DNA from: a virus
Lineage: Duplodnaviria > Heunggongvirae > Uroviricota > Caudoviricetes
Direction: 5' to 3' (one strand)
Virus record (IMG/VR): IMGVR_UViG_3300012347_000366
Span: 1 to 64,000 of that record
DNA: 64,000 nt
Shown: one piece after another, positions 34,463 through 43,774 of the stretch
Position numbering within the stretch: position 1 is the stretch's first letter
Layout: each line of letters starts with the position of its first letter
Translations under genes and position numbers: made by a program
Notes under the pieces: model-generated
The model's input: only the letters and a program-made list of their open reading frames with translations
Databases searched by the model: none
What the model was told of the DNA's origin: nothing

Positions 34463-35086
34463 TTATGCTCCTAGTACGTGTAACGCATGGTTGTAGTGCT
34501 TGATTCGATCATCAAGGCCAATAGTACCGCCATTGATACGCTTGGTTAGTGTTAAGATATCACCACGATCAGCCCACTGATTTAGGTTGTTTGTTTCCCA
34601 GAACCAGCAAGCACTTTGAGCAGCACCTTCAAAGGTTTCCAAGTATTCAGCGGCCTCTTCAACAGTAATATTTAAACTAGCTGCAAACCACGAATAGTTG
34701 TCTTTTCCAGTTAGCTGAATCAATCCACGACCGCAATAACGGTAACCATCACCAGTTTCAGGACCGCCATTGCCCATACGATTGGCATATACTAAGTTGG
34801 CAATTGCTTGCTGTTTGTTGGGCATACTTGCATACTCTTGTGCCATTGCATCCGTGGTAAAATACTTGGGAAAGATTTTACGAAGGGTAACAGCTTTGTA
34901 GTTTAAGTTTTCCTTTAGCGCAGTAAACCCACCTGACTCATGTGCGCACTGTGCAACAAAGGCAGCAATACGCTGAGCTGTATTGATTTCGTATTCCGGA
35001 AGCAGCTGCGCTAGAGCATTATGCCACTGCTTGACATACGGATTCTTTGGAAGTAGTTGTTGCAGTTGTTGCAGAGATAATTCCAT
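34463..35086 (-). CDS. endolysin, glycoside hydrolase family 19-like (lysozyme/chitinase fold)
   Basis: GH19 signature blocks AQCAHESGGF and GRGLIQLTG. Confidence 0.7.
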   Translation of the reverse strand: MELSLQQLQQLLPKNPYVKQWHNALAQLLPEYEINTAQRIAAFVAQCAHESGGFTALKENLNYKAVTLRKIFPKYFTTDAMAQEYASMPNKQQAIANLVYANRMGNGGPETGDGYRYCGRGLIQLTGKDNYSWFAASLNITVEEAAEYLETFEGAAQSACWFWETNNLNQWADRGDILTLTKRINGGTIGLDDRIKHYNHALHVLGA

Positions 35087-35352
35087 TATTTCAAGCTTTC
35101 ATAAAGGGTTTTTTGTTCACTATACCAACGCTGCCAGGCTTCCAATTTGGCAGCACATATGTAGTATTCGGTATAGTTGGTGGTTACGGTTTTGGCCACT
35201 TGGCTCAGTTTAGGGTCTTGTTCTAGCTGCTTTAAGTCTACACAACGCTCTTGCACTAATGTACCTGGAGCTGGTGGAAACTTTGCAGTTACTGGCACAA
35301 CTGTTGAGCAAGCCGTTAAACCTAAGGCTAATAATAGTGCTAGTAGTTTCAT
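35086..35352 (-). CDS. o-spanin-like outer-membrane lipoprotein
   Basis: Lipobox LTAC-S after a signal peptide, small size, extra Cys residues. Overlaps the upstream gene by 4 nt and abuts the endolysin. Confidence 0.6.
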   Translation of the reverse strand: MKLLALLLALGLTACSTVVPVTAKFPPAPGTLVQERCVDLKQLEQDPKLSQVAKTVTTNYTEYYICAAKLEAWQRWYSEQKTLYESLK

Positions 35353-35768
35353 TTTGGTGCCTCTGCTGCACGATTGTGTGCTTGAACAAACTCTGGAGAA
35401 ATCACACAGGTTCCGTCACTTTTGACAACTTCGCGGTCTATGTATTGGACCACATCTTGCCCACGAGTTTTAACCACTTGCACTTTTGTGACTACTCGTT
35501 CTTTTATTTCGGTGTTTACAACCTGTGATTGTTGTTCTAGTGCGGTGACTTTGGCCTGCAGCTCTTGTGCGGCAGATTTCCAGGCATTATCACAATAAAG
35601 CATACCCAAAATAAAAATTGTTGCGGCTATGGTTGTATAAGCCAAACTTTTGATAATTAACGCATACGTTTTTAATTGAGGCAAACTGCTCAAGAAAACA
35701 GCGATTATTGCGCTGCCCAACAGCAACAACCAAAACCAGTCTGGAATAATTTTAAAAATAAAAAACAT
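35349..35768 (-). CDS. i-spanin-like inner-membrane protein (N-terminal hydrophobic region with two segments, then a coiled coil). A holin role is not excluded
   Basis: Hydrophobic N-terminus followed by LQAKVTALEQQSQVVNTEIKER coiled coil; positioned 5' of the lipoprotein. Confidence 0.5.
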   Translation of the reverse strand: MFFIFKIIPDWFWLLLLGSAIIAVFLSSLPQLKTYALIIKSLAYTTIAATIFILGMLYCDNAWKSAAQELQAKVTALEQQSQVVNTEIKERVVTKVQVVKTRGQDVVQYIDREVVKSDGTCVISPEFVQAHNRAAEAPK

Positions 35769-35783
35769 TTTTGATTCCTTGAC

Positions 35784-35808
35784 TAAAAGCGGCGTATTGC
35801 CGCCTTTA
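35784..35808 (-). terminator. weak terminator-like hairpin (GCGGC/GCCGC) with T-run on the minus strand
   Basis: Read from sequence. Confidence 0.3.
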
Positions 35809-35813
35809 GTGGT

Positions 35814-36167
35814 TTAAGGTGCTGGAGCTTCTGCGGCAGGTTCCACAGGTGCCCAAGGCATTGCAACAGGCGCTAGCTGTGCCTTGGCCACTTCACGATC
35901 AAGCACACTTTGAATATGTGCCTGAATACTTGGGATGCGCGTATCATGTGCTTCAACCCACGCAATAACCTGCGCTTCAGTTAAGTTTTGAAGTGGAATA
36001 AATCCCTCCGATTGAGGGTCGGGCACTACAGTGCTTTGGGGTAGTTCAAACACTTGACCGGCTTCGGTGCCGATTAGTGTCCAATCTACTTGCTTAACTG
36101 CATTTTCAATGCCGTTAACAGTTTGGGTACGAAGACCTGTGATTTTGATTGTAAAAGTTGCGGACAT
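35814..36167 (-). CDS. hypothetical protein
   Basis: ORF track. Confidence 0.45.
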   Translation of the reverse strand: MSATFTIKITGLRTQTVNGIENAVKQVDWTLIGTEAGQVFELPQSTVVPDPQSEGFIPLQNLTEAQVIAWVEAHDTRIPSIQAHIQSVLDREVAKAQLAPVAMPWAPVEPAAEAPAP

Positions 36168-36185
36168 TAATGTCTCCGGGTTAGG

Positions 36186-36428
36186 TTAAGTGGTAATAGC
36201 TGGCATTACAGCTTTGAGTTCTGATACCGAGTTTGCTGAATCAATTGCAGCCTGCATACTAGCGTACTTGTCGCGTACTGCTTGTCGTGCAGCTTCAGCA
36301 TTTAGTGCACTAGTACCAGGTATCTGTTTAGCAATAATCTCATCGTACGGCTTGAATTCTTCGGCACGAGCAGCTCGCCTTATTTCATGTGCAATGTCTT
36401 TTGCTTTATTGATATTTATGAGGATCAC
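36186..36428 (-). CDS. hypothetical protein
   Basis: ORF track. Confidence 0.4.
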   Translation of the reverse strand: MILININKAKDIAHEIRRAARAEEFKPYDEIIAKQIPGTSALNAEAARQAVRDKYASMQAAIDSANSVSELKAVMPAITT

Positions 36429-36679
36429 TGATTTATCTCCGGAAATTCACTAGACGCTGCACCGAAGCCATCAGTTAGTATAGCCTGGTCAATTTCCCAG
36501 GCCGATCGAAAGGTTCGGTCGCTGGGAATACTGTCTACGTCTACTATTTTGAATGGCTTGCCTGCCGGCACATCTTTAAGCGCAATGGCTTCAATACCAT
36601 ATTGATTAAGGACTTCCGGCGCTGGAATGATTATAGCTACTCCCCCTTCATCTGTTTGATATATGATTCGTTTGGTCAT
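36425..36679 (-). CDS. hypothetical protein
   Basis: ORF track; 4-nt overlap with the next gene. Confidence 0.4.
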   Translation of the reverse strand: MTKRIIYQTDEGGVAIIIPAPEVLNQYGIEAIALKDVPAGKPFKIVDVDSIPSDRTFRSAWEIDQAILTDGFGAASSEFPEINQ

Positions 36680-36688
36680 AAATGTACC

Positions 36689-39600
36689 TTATCTAAAAAT
36701 TGCTGCATGAATTAAGCTAATGTCGGCTAAAGCGCCTGCGTTTACGCCCGCTGCAAAGCTGCGTGTAAGAATGCCTACCCCGGCAGTGGTCTGGGCACCA
36801 AACTGCGATTCCCGCGACGTAACCGAGGTGCCTTCGTTGGCCACAGACAGCGCGACGTAGTTAGTGTCCGGCATGGCTGTTGTGAAGTTCACGGTATACG
36901 TTCCAACGCCACCATCTGTGATACTGGACACGTTACCAGAAGCTCGGATTGCTACGGTGCCAGTGCCATTGAAGTTTACCCAGGCTCGCGCAGCAAAAAT
37001 CGGGCGACCATTATAAATAAACTCATTTGTACCAACACTAAAGATCGTATTAGCACTTGTAGTATTATCTATTACCTCAAATACTTGGCTTGCATTAGTT
37101 CCGCCAAGCCTTACACTTAATGTACCTGTAGCCCTATTTTGGTTACAACCTAATAGGGCAGTGCCTGTATTTGCATTAAAAAGAAGAAAGTTGCTAACGC
37201 TGAACCCAATTTGACCAGATACCGTGCCTCCAACAATAGGTAGGGAGTAGCTGCTGGCATTACCGGCGTGTAAAACAATATTTCCACTAGGGCCGCGAAG
37301 CGAACTTGCATTGCCCCCATACTGTAAGTACAAATCTTTGATAGTAGCGGTATTGGAGAAGTACTCCAGGTTATTAGGAGAGGTGACTTTCAGGTAATTT
37401 CCAGCAGTATCAACAATTCTGTCAGTGTAGTAAGTGCTGTAATTACCCGCATGAAGTACGTTGTTACCCTTGTATGTAAATGCATTTGTACCTGCAACAA
37501 GAATCCTGACTGAGTTCCACTGCCAATCAGCGATTTCAAAGTACGAGTTGGTGTTACCACCACCAAGCTGCACGGTCATAATGCCTGCGGCCAGATTCGA
37601 CGCACGTCCGATCTTCGCCTCGCCACTGTTTGTGGGGAGGTTGAATAGCGAGCCCAGACTGATGGCCCCTGTCATGGAACCGCCGCTTGTAGGCAAGTAG
37701 CCACTCAGTGAAGCGCTGGTGACATAACCGCTATCGTTGGTGAACGACGACACGGCTGTAGGCCTGCCGCTCACGTTCGTCCATGCCACCGAGCCTGCGC
37801 TACCAGTGACGGAGATTCCCCATGTGCCAGATGCGCCGGTGCCTGTTAGAGAGGGGCTGTAGCTGGTGTAGTTCTGGTTAGTCAGAACCTTGTTCCACGT
37901 TGTCCAGGCCGCACCATCCCAGCCGCCACGGAAGATCAGATCGTTACCGTTGTGGCTGATATAGACTTGCGAGCGGCTAGAGCTTGAACCGGTGCTGAGG
38001 TTAAGTAATGTGCCGTACTGGTATGAGGCGGCGGTCGGACCGTTTGTGGTGCTTGTAAAGTTTGTGGGCGTTACTTGGATCAAGCTGTTCTGATAGCTGT
38101 TCCCCAGGTCATTCCAGTCGATGCTGGTTGATGCAGCACCCAACGCTCGGATGATGCCGTTGTAGCTGGTGTAGTTGCCTGCGTGCAGAAGCGTACGGTG
38201 AGTCGTTCCGTCGTAGAACGACCCGCCGCCATAGACGTAGGTGCCACTTGTTCCTTTGATGTAAGTGCCGAGACCAGCTGTGGCGTTGTACCCGACCGTG
38301 TCCGACTGACCACCCAAATTGATGACTGACCCAGAGTTGAGACTCAGGTTGCCACTCAACGTACCTCCACTCAAAGGCAGTGCGTAGCTGTTGTAGTTGC
38401 CAGCAGTCAAAACTTGGCTGCCGTTCTGGGTAATTGCACCAGCCGTGTTCAGAGCGCCGACAGCACTCAATGTCATCGTTGAAGTAAACGAGATGGCAGC
38501 GCCTGCTGTGCCGGATGCTGCTGCTCTCCAGACATGACTTCCAGCTCCTTGGTAATACTGACTTGCAGTACCAGTGGCAATGTATCTGTCAGTTCCGTCA
38601 TATCGGAAGTTTTGAGACAGTAATACATAAGACGCGCTACCAGCCAAAGAAGATTGAGCACCTAACTGGAAAGCACTATAAGTTGTCCATGTGTCGGGAG
38701 TACGTCCCAAGGCGAGGTTGCCAAATGGATCTAGCCGCATTTTTTCAGTAAGCGAAGTGCCGTTATGCGTTGAGAACGCCATAAAGCTGGCATTGCCAGA
38801 AGCTCCCGCTTGTGCAAAATCAATCCCACCAATGTTGGTTGCGGCTTGACCGCCAGCAGTAGAGGCAGCAACGATATATCCAGCAGACTGGCCAGCACCA
38901 GCAGGACGACCGCGCATTTCAAGGCGACCGTAGCTGCTGCTGTTAACAGCACCTTCTGCCATAATGGTAGTTGCACCGCTTGTACCATACGCGTGAACCT
39001 TGCCAGCAGTAGAGGCAGTACCAACACCCAGATTTGTTCCATTGAACGTTAGAGCACTACCAGAGGTCAGTACTTTGGAGCCATTGAGGTAGGTAACTCC
39101 GTTGGCTGTTCCACCTGAAAGCGTTACATCACCAGTTAATGTACCTCCACTTATTGGTAGTGCATAACTATTATAGTTGAGGGCATGTAGTACTACTTGC
39201 CCAGCAATGCTCATATCCGTATTGGCGTTAAAACTAGCGGCAGTAAAAACACCATAGCTCGATAGTTCTGCTACTGCCGACGGCTGGCCGATAGAAGTTC
39301 CGGTTTCCCATACCCACCCGTTGTAGCCCATACCGTCGTCATCAATAAATGAGTGAAGTGCGGCACCATAAACATTCCAACCGGAGGCTGATGTGATATT
39401 CCCACTTGGACCGCAGCCGGTTTGGCCACCATAGTCTGCGTAGTATTCAGTCCATGTCTTAGATGTGCTACTATACCAGTTTATTCCAGAAGCTAAAGTA
39501 TTAGCAGAAGGAATACGGAGACTAGAAACCGTTAACGGTCCTTGTAGGGTACCGCCGGTTAGTGGAAAATACTGGTGTGTATGAATAGCAGCAGCAGCAT

Positions 39601-41095
39601 CTGTGATGCCGTAACCGGCAAGAGTAGTTGGTTTGCTAGTAATACCACTCCACGCCACACTTCCGGCTGAGCCAGTGGTATTTTGATTCCAGGTTGGTAC
39701 AGTACCTGTTAGCTTTGAGTAGTTAACAGAGGTAAGCCAAGCAGGGTCTGCATAAGAACCGCTTGAGCGTAAAACTGTTGAGTCAGCAGCAAAAACACCA
39801 GCATTTAGTGAAAGGCCGTCACCTGCAGTATATGTTGTGCCAACCGAAAGTAGATTAGAACTAACACTATTACCAGCAGCTGTTAGGTCAATATAAGCAC
39901 CACGATTTGGAGAACCTTGCTCAAAAATTCGGATCTTGTTTTGGTAAATGTCTACTACTACGCCACTACCAGCAATCGAGTTGTTGGTCTGTGGTTTTGC
40001 TAAAAAGAGTTCTCCACCTTCGTCATTAATAGAGTTTAAACTCTTTAAGTTACCAGTGGCTACAACGTCAGTACCCGTTATGGCTGCTGGAGTGGTGCCA
40101 CCAATAACTGTATTATCTATGGTAGTACCAGAGATACCGCCGTTTTTCCAAACACCAGCTGCACTGTCGTAACTAAGTACATTGCCGCCGGTCACAGATG
40201 AAATTAGTACATTGTGTAGTTCATCTAATTCATAACCATTATCAACTTTTACGTAGATTGAGCCAGCATTGGCGTGAACACGCTCAACCCAGCCCAATAT
40301 AACTGTGTGATTTGGAGCAGCTGGTCTGGTAGTTGTATACGCACCTGCTGTTGCTGCTGATAAATATAATGCAGCTCCGGCTGTTAGTGCAGAAGTATCT
40401 AATTTTGGAAGTGTTCCAGATACCTGAACAAAGCCTTCGGAACCATTTGCAATAGCTTCGGTAACAAAACCAATAGTGCCGGCAGAAGTTGATTCTGCGT
40501 TTGCTCTGGCAAGGCGTACATCTACTCGGTTACCTTGTGCTCCGGTTATATAAACAACCTGGCCTTTGGTCATTGCAGAGCCGCTGCCGTTATAAACTCG
40601 GGCAAATTCTTGCTGACCTAGCTTATAAGTTACTGTACCACCTTTTAGACCTGATTCAAGTGTACCATTTCCGCTGTCCCAAGCAAGTGTTCCTTCTACT
40701 ACTGTTGGAGGTGTAGTAGTTGTGTCGAACTGTTCTGATAAAATACCTGCTAAACTGCCGGTATCGTCTAGTGTAACAGTGGAATTTTGAACAAGTTTAC
40801 CTGTTGTAGTATCAAATCTAACAAGTGAGTTATCTGTTGAGGAAACTGGCCCTACTACATCGCCGGTGTTAGTTGTATATCCAGCTGGATTTGTAGAGTT
40901 ATATGGAGTAAACCCTAGTGCACCAGTAACATCGCCAGATTCTAGTGTAACATCTCCGGTTCTAGTATTAAAACTAGATACTGGGTCTGCTAGTGATACG
41001 GAAGTCCATGAAACACCATTGAACTTCCAAGCCTTTCCGCCTGCTGTATAAACTTGGTCTAGTACTGGATTTGAGGGGAAATTCAATGCAGTCAT
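36689..41095 (-). CDS. large tail fibre protein, L-shaped-fibre (T5 pb1)-like, 1468 aa
   Basis: Very long Gly/Ser/Thr/Ala-rich beta-repeat protein in the tail module; size matches T5 pb1. Confidence 0.6.
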   Translation of the reverse strand: MTALNFPSNPVLDQVYTAGGKAWKFNGVSWTSVSLADPVSSFNTRTGDVTLESGDVTGALGFTPYNSTNPAGYTTNTGDVVGPVSSTDNSLVRFDTTTGKLVQNSTVTLDDTGSLAGILSEQFDTTTTPPTVVEGTLAWDSGNGTLESGLKGGTVTYKLGQQEFARVYNGSGSAMTKGQVVYITGAQGNRVDVRLARANAESTSAGTIGFVTEAIANGSEGFVQVSGTLPKLDTSALTAGAALYLSAATAGAYTTTRPAAPNHTVILGWVERVHANAGSIYVKVDNGYELDELHNVLISSVTGGNVLSYDSAAGVWKNGGISGTTIDNTVIGGTTPAAITGTDVVATGNLKSLNSINDEGGELFLAKPQTNNSIAGSGVVVDIYQNKIRIFEQGSPNRGAYIDLTAAGNSVSSNLLSVGTTYTAGDGLSLNAGVFAADSTVLRSSGSYADPAWLTSVNYSKLTGTVPTWNQNTTGSAGSVAWSGITSKPTTLAGYGITDAAAAIHTHQYFPLTGGTLQGPLTVSSLRIPSANTLASGINWYSSTSKTWTEYYADYGGQTGCGPSGNITSASGWNVYGAALHSFIDDDGMGYNGWVWETGTSIGQPSAVAELSSYGVFTAASFNANTDMSIAGQVVLHALNYNSYALPISGGTLTGDVTLSGGTANGVTYLNGSKVLTSGSALTFNGTNLGVGTASTAGKVHAYGTSGATTIMAEGAVNSSSYGRLEMRGRPAGAGQSAGYIVAASTAGGQAATNIGGIDFAQAGASGNASFMAFSTHNGTSLTEKMRLDPFGNLALGRTPDTWTTYSAFQLGAQSSLAGSASYVLLSQNFRYDGTDRYIATGTASQYYQGAGSHVWRAAASGTAGAAISFTSTMTLSAVGALNTAGAITQNGSQVLTAGNYNSYALPLSGGTLSGNLSLNSGSVINLGGQSDTVGYNATAGLGTYIKGTSGTYVYGGGSFYDGTTHRTLLHAGNYTSYNGIIRALGAASTSIDWNDLGNSYQNSLIQVTPTNFTSTTNGPTAASYQYGTLLNLSTGSSSSRSQVYISHNGNDLIFRGGWDGAAWTTWNKVLTNQNYTSYSPSLTGTGASGTWGISVTGSAGSVAWTNVSGRPTAVSSFTNDSGYVTSASLSGYLPTSGGSMTGAISLGSLFNLPTNSGEAKIGRASNLAAGIMTVQLGGGNTNSYFEIADWQWNSVRILVAGTNAFTYKGNNVLHAGNYSTYYTDRIVDTAGNYLKVTSPNNLEYFSNTATIKDLYLQYGGNASSLRGPSGNIVLHAGNASSYSLPIVGGTVSGQIGFSVSNFLLFNANTGTALLGCNQNRATGTLSVRLGGTNASQVFEVIDNTTSANTIFSVGTNEFIYNGRPIFAARAWVNFNGTGTVAIRASGNVSSITDGGVGTYTVNFTTAMPDTNYVALSVANEGTSVTSRESQFGAQTTAGVGILTRSFAAGVNAGALADISLIHAAIFR

Positions 41096-41113
41096 TTAAT
41101 ATTCCTATTTTTG

Positions 41114-41284
41114 TTATTCAAGGGAATAAGCCGTCTCTGGATTATTAACGCTTGGATCAATTAGTGGGTCTAGTGCAATCTTTAAACGCTTGATTGCACT
41201 TGCAGATAAGTTTTGTTTGATTAGCTCAAAGGTACCCCAAAGAGCTATATCATTACTTTGTATAGTCAGTGCTAATAGTGCCAT
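41114..41284 (-). CDS. possible 56-aa ORF filling the 190-nt gap between fibre genes
   Basis: ATG directly after the upstream stop (TAATATG); below the ORF-track cutoff. Confidence 0.25.
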   Translation of the reverse strand: MALLALTIQSNDIALWGTFELIKQNLSASAIKRLKIALDPLIDPSVNNPETAYSLE

Positions 41285-41285
41285 A

Positions 41286-42344
41286 TTAATCCGTTTTCAT
41301 AATTACGCCAAAACCAGCACCACAGTTAAAGAATGTGTACGAATCTCCACCAACCTCAACTTCATCACCAGTAGTTCCAAGGTTGGCTTTTGTCCAGTAG
41401 ATGGGTACAACACCTGTTACAAATTGTGTTGGATAACCAAGCTCTCCGACCTGAAAGTAGACCGGCCCAATCTGATATTTAGGTGCTCCTGTTGCACTAA
41501 TGGAGTTGTTACGATAGGTTGTCGACGCTTGCGCAAAGTTGCCAAGATTCGCAGTAGACGCTTCAGTGAGATCATACGTTCCGTAGAAAGTGCCTGTGTT
41601 GACGTTCGTTACTGCAATCGCGGCAGCCATCCAGCCTGGTGACTGTGTAAGCGTGTAGCTGGTTGGTGAAATAATCGCAAATCGAGAGGTAGCCGATGAA
41701 GTCGAATGAGAATATTGGACAACTGGGGCGCGGTTATAGAACTCGTGAACATCTGTACTGGTTGTTTCCCACACGGCGTTTAAGCCCGAAATTACAATAC
41801 CTTCAACGATAATGGTGATGTGTCTTGGGGTAGCAATAACGTGAAAGATGGCATTTGCCGCACTACAAATTGTTAAACTGTTGGTTTCGCCAATACCTTC
41901 AGCAGAACCAGCAGCAACACGAGGGCCTTCGTTGGTAGTAGTACCGGTTGCTGTGATGCCAGCAGCCGCCGTGAGTGCAAAAGTATACGCAGCCGCAGGG
42001 GCACCTCGCCAACAAAGAGTGAGTACTGCGTATTTTAATCGCGACGGTTGGTTTAAGCATGGAGCCGAGAATCCTAGGTTGTAAGGACTATCAGTTGTGT
42101 ATCCATACGGAGAAGTAGTGTCTGCGGCAGATCCTACAGCAGCAATTGACGGCTGATCAGCGGCGTTTAGTCCACCAACATATGTCCAACCTGCTGGAGT
42201 AGGGTCTACGATAATAGACGAAGTTTTGTTAAATGCTGTAACCAGATCAAGGCTTGGGGCTTCAGAAGTGATTAATCGACCAATGTCACGCATCGCTCTA
42301 ACAGCACTGATAATTGATGGCCCTACTACAAGTTTTGCGTACAT
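41286..42344 (-). CDS. tail fibre or receptor-binding-like structural protein, 352 aa
   Basis: Composition and position in the fibre module. Confidence 0.4.
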   Translation of the reverse strand: MYAKLVVGPSIISAVRAMRDIGRLITSEAPSLDLVTAFNKTSSIIVDPTPAGWTYVGGLNAADQPSIAAVGSAADTTSPYGYTTDSPYNLGFSAPCLNQPSRLKYAVLTLCWRGAPAAAYTFALTAAAGITATGTTTNEGPRVAAGSAEGIGETNSLTICSAANAIFHVIATPRHITIIVEGIVISGLNAVWETTSTDVHEFYNRAPVVQYSHSTSSATSRFAIISPTSYTLTQSPGWMAAAIAVTNVNTGTFYGTYDLTEASTANLGNFAQASTTYRNNSISATGAPKYQIGPVYFQVGELGYPTQFVTGVVPIYWTKANLGTTGDEVEVGGDSYTFFNCGAGFGVIMKTD

Positions 42345-42550
42345 TAGTTTGTTCCTTGTGTGTTATCTGCAAAAACCGTAATGCGGCTGTCAGCAGGCGG
42401 AACTGTGTCCGTGATAAAATAGTTAGTGTAATTTGTGGTTATGTAATTGACATTTTGACCACTTAAAACACTTAAAAGCTCTTCGGCAGTGCCAGTAAAT
42501 TGATAGATTACGTGTGCTCCGAAGTATTTATTAATTTGTTCTTGGTTCAT
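42344..42550 (-). CDS. hypothetical small protein
   Basis: ORF track; abuts the upstream gene. Confidence 0.35.
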   Translation of the reverse strand: MNQEQINKYFGAHVIYQFTGTAEELLSVLSGQNVNYITTNYTNYFITDTVPPADSRITVFADNTQGTN

Positions 42551-42553
42551 AAA

Positions 42554-43021
42554 TTATCCTGCGTAATAGCTAAAACGTACCGACAGACCTGCGGCTCTGC
42601 GAAGTGTGCCTGTTTGTAGTATATTTACATACAAATATTCACCAGGCTGAAATTGCTTGGCAACAACGTACCCAGCACTTTTTGCATTCATAGGTAGCTG
42701 ATATGTTCCAAACTCTACTGAGCTAGCAAAACTTGTACCAATACGTGCAGAAATTATAAGAGGCTGTCCGCCAGGTGCTGTAGCGGCACCAATGTCTATT
42801 CTGGTAAGAATTGCGTTATTGGGACTGAGTAGGATACCTAATCCACCGCCTAGGTTTAGTGTTGGTACTGCCTGAACTCTAGCTGCGGCCGCAATAGTTC
42901 TTACTAAAAGTTTAGTGCCTGCAATCAGCTTATCAGCACCTGCTCCAGCTGTAGTCTGTACGTTTGTAAATATTTTTCCCACAGTATTATCAATGAGGAA
43001 ACTACGTGTTCGTCTAGTCAT
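42554..43021 (-). CDS. hypothetical structural protein
   Basis: ORF track. Confidence 0.4.
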   Translation of the reverse strand: MTRRTRSFLIDNTVGKIFTNVQTTAGAGADKLIAGTKLLVRTIAAAARVQAVPTLNLGGGLGILLSPNNAILTRIDIGAATAPGGQPLIISARIGTSFASSVEFGTYQLPMNAKSAGYVVAKQFQPGEYLYVNILQTGTLRRAAGLSVRFSYYAG

Positions 43022-43022
43022 A

Positions 43023-43736
43023 TTATACCTCTACCGTACTAACGACGGCTTTCCAAGTAAACGCCTTACCGGTAACACCTGTAACATATATACCAAAAGC
43101 ATTTGCTGTATCATTGGCGCGTATATCTACGTTTAAATTTATGTCTGTGCGAGCTACTACTACTTCGTATATATTACCAACATCCGATACCGTGCCATTG
43201 TCATTTCTTGCCAAGCTTTTTAGAGTGAACATCGCCACGTCACCAGGAACATCTGTTCTTTTTGCAACAATATCTACTGTGTATGCACAAACAGTGTCTA
43301 AGGCAACAGGCATACGCTGATTTAGTACACCATCAATAAAGATCTCGGTTTCAGTGTTATCAGTAGTTGTACCAGATACAACGTATTGATTTGAGTATAC
43401 ACTTGTAGCAGCTTCAGCAGTAACAGCCGCGCTTTTTTCACTTGAGTTGGTATCTACCCACTGAGAGGAGCTTCCGTCATTATAATAAATTTTAAGCGTT
43501 CCGGAGCTGGAGTCCCACCATAGTGCATTATCTTGAGGAGATTCTGGAGGCGTGGTACCCACGGTAACACCCGAACCAGTATTGCCACCAATCTCAACAA
43601 TGGTTTCAGTACCATCATTGCGTTTTAAAAATAACTTACCATCGTATGTATTGATGGCAAGTTCTCCGAGTACTAAATCCCCAACAGCTGGGGCCTTTCC
43701 TGGCACATTACTGCGCTTTATCTTGATTTCTGCCAT
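43023..43736 (-). CDS. tail fibre-like protein with conserved N-terminus MAEIKIKRSNVPG...GELA
   Basis: N-terminal motif shared with the next fibre gene. Confidence 0.45.
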   Translation of the reverse strand: MAEIKIKRSNVPGKAPAVGDLVLGELAINTYDGKLFLKRNDGTETIVEIGGNTGSGVTVGTTPPESPQDNALWWDSSSGTLKIYYNDGSSSQWVDTNSSEKSAAVTAEAATSVYSNQYVVSGTTTDNTETEIFIDGVLNQRMPVALDTVCAYTVDIVAKRTDVPGDVAMFTLKSLARNDNGTVSDVGNIYEVVVARTDINLNVDIRANDTANAFGIYVTGVTGKAFTWKAVVSTVEV

Positions 43737-43774
43737 ATGGCTACCCTTTGTGCTTATATAAGCAGGTGTTAATT

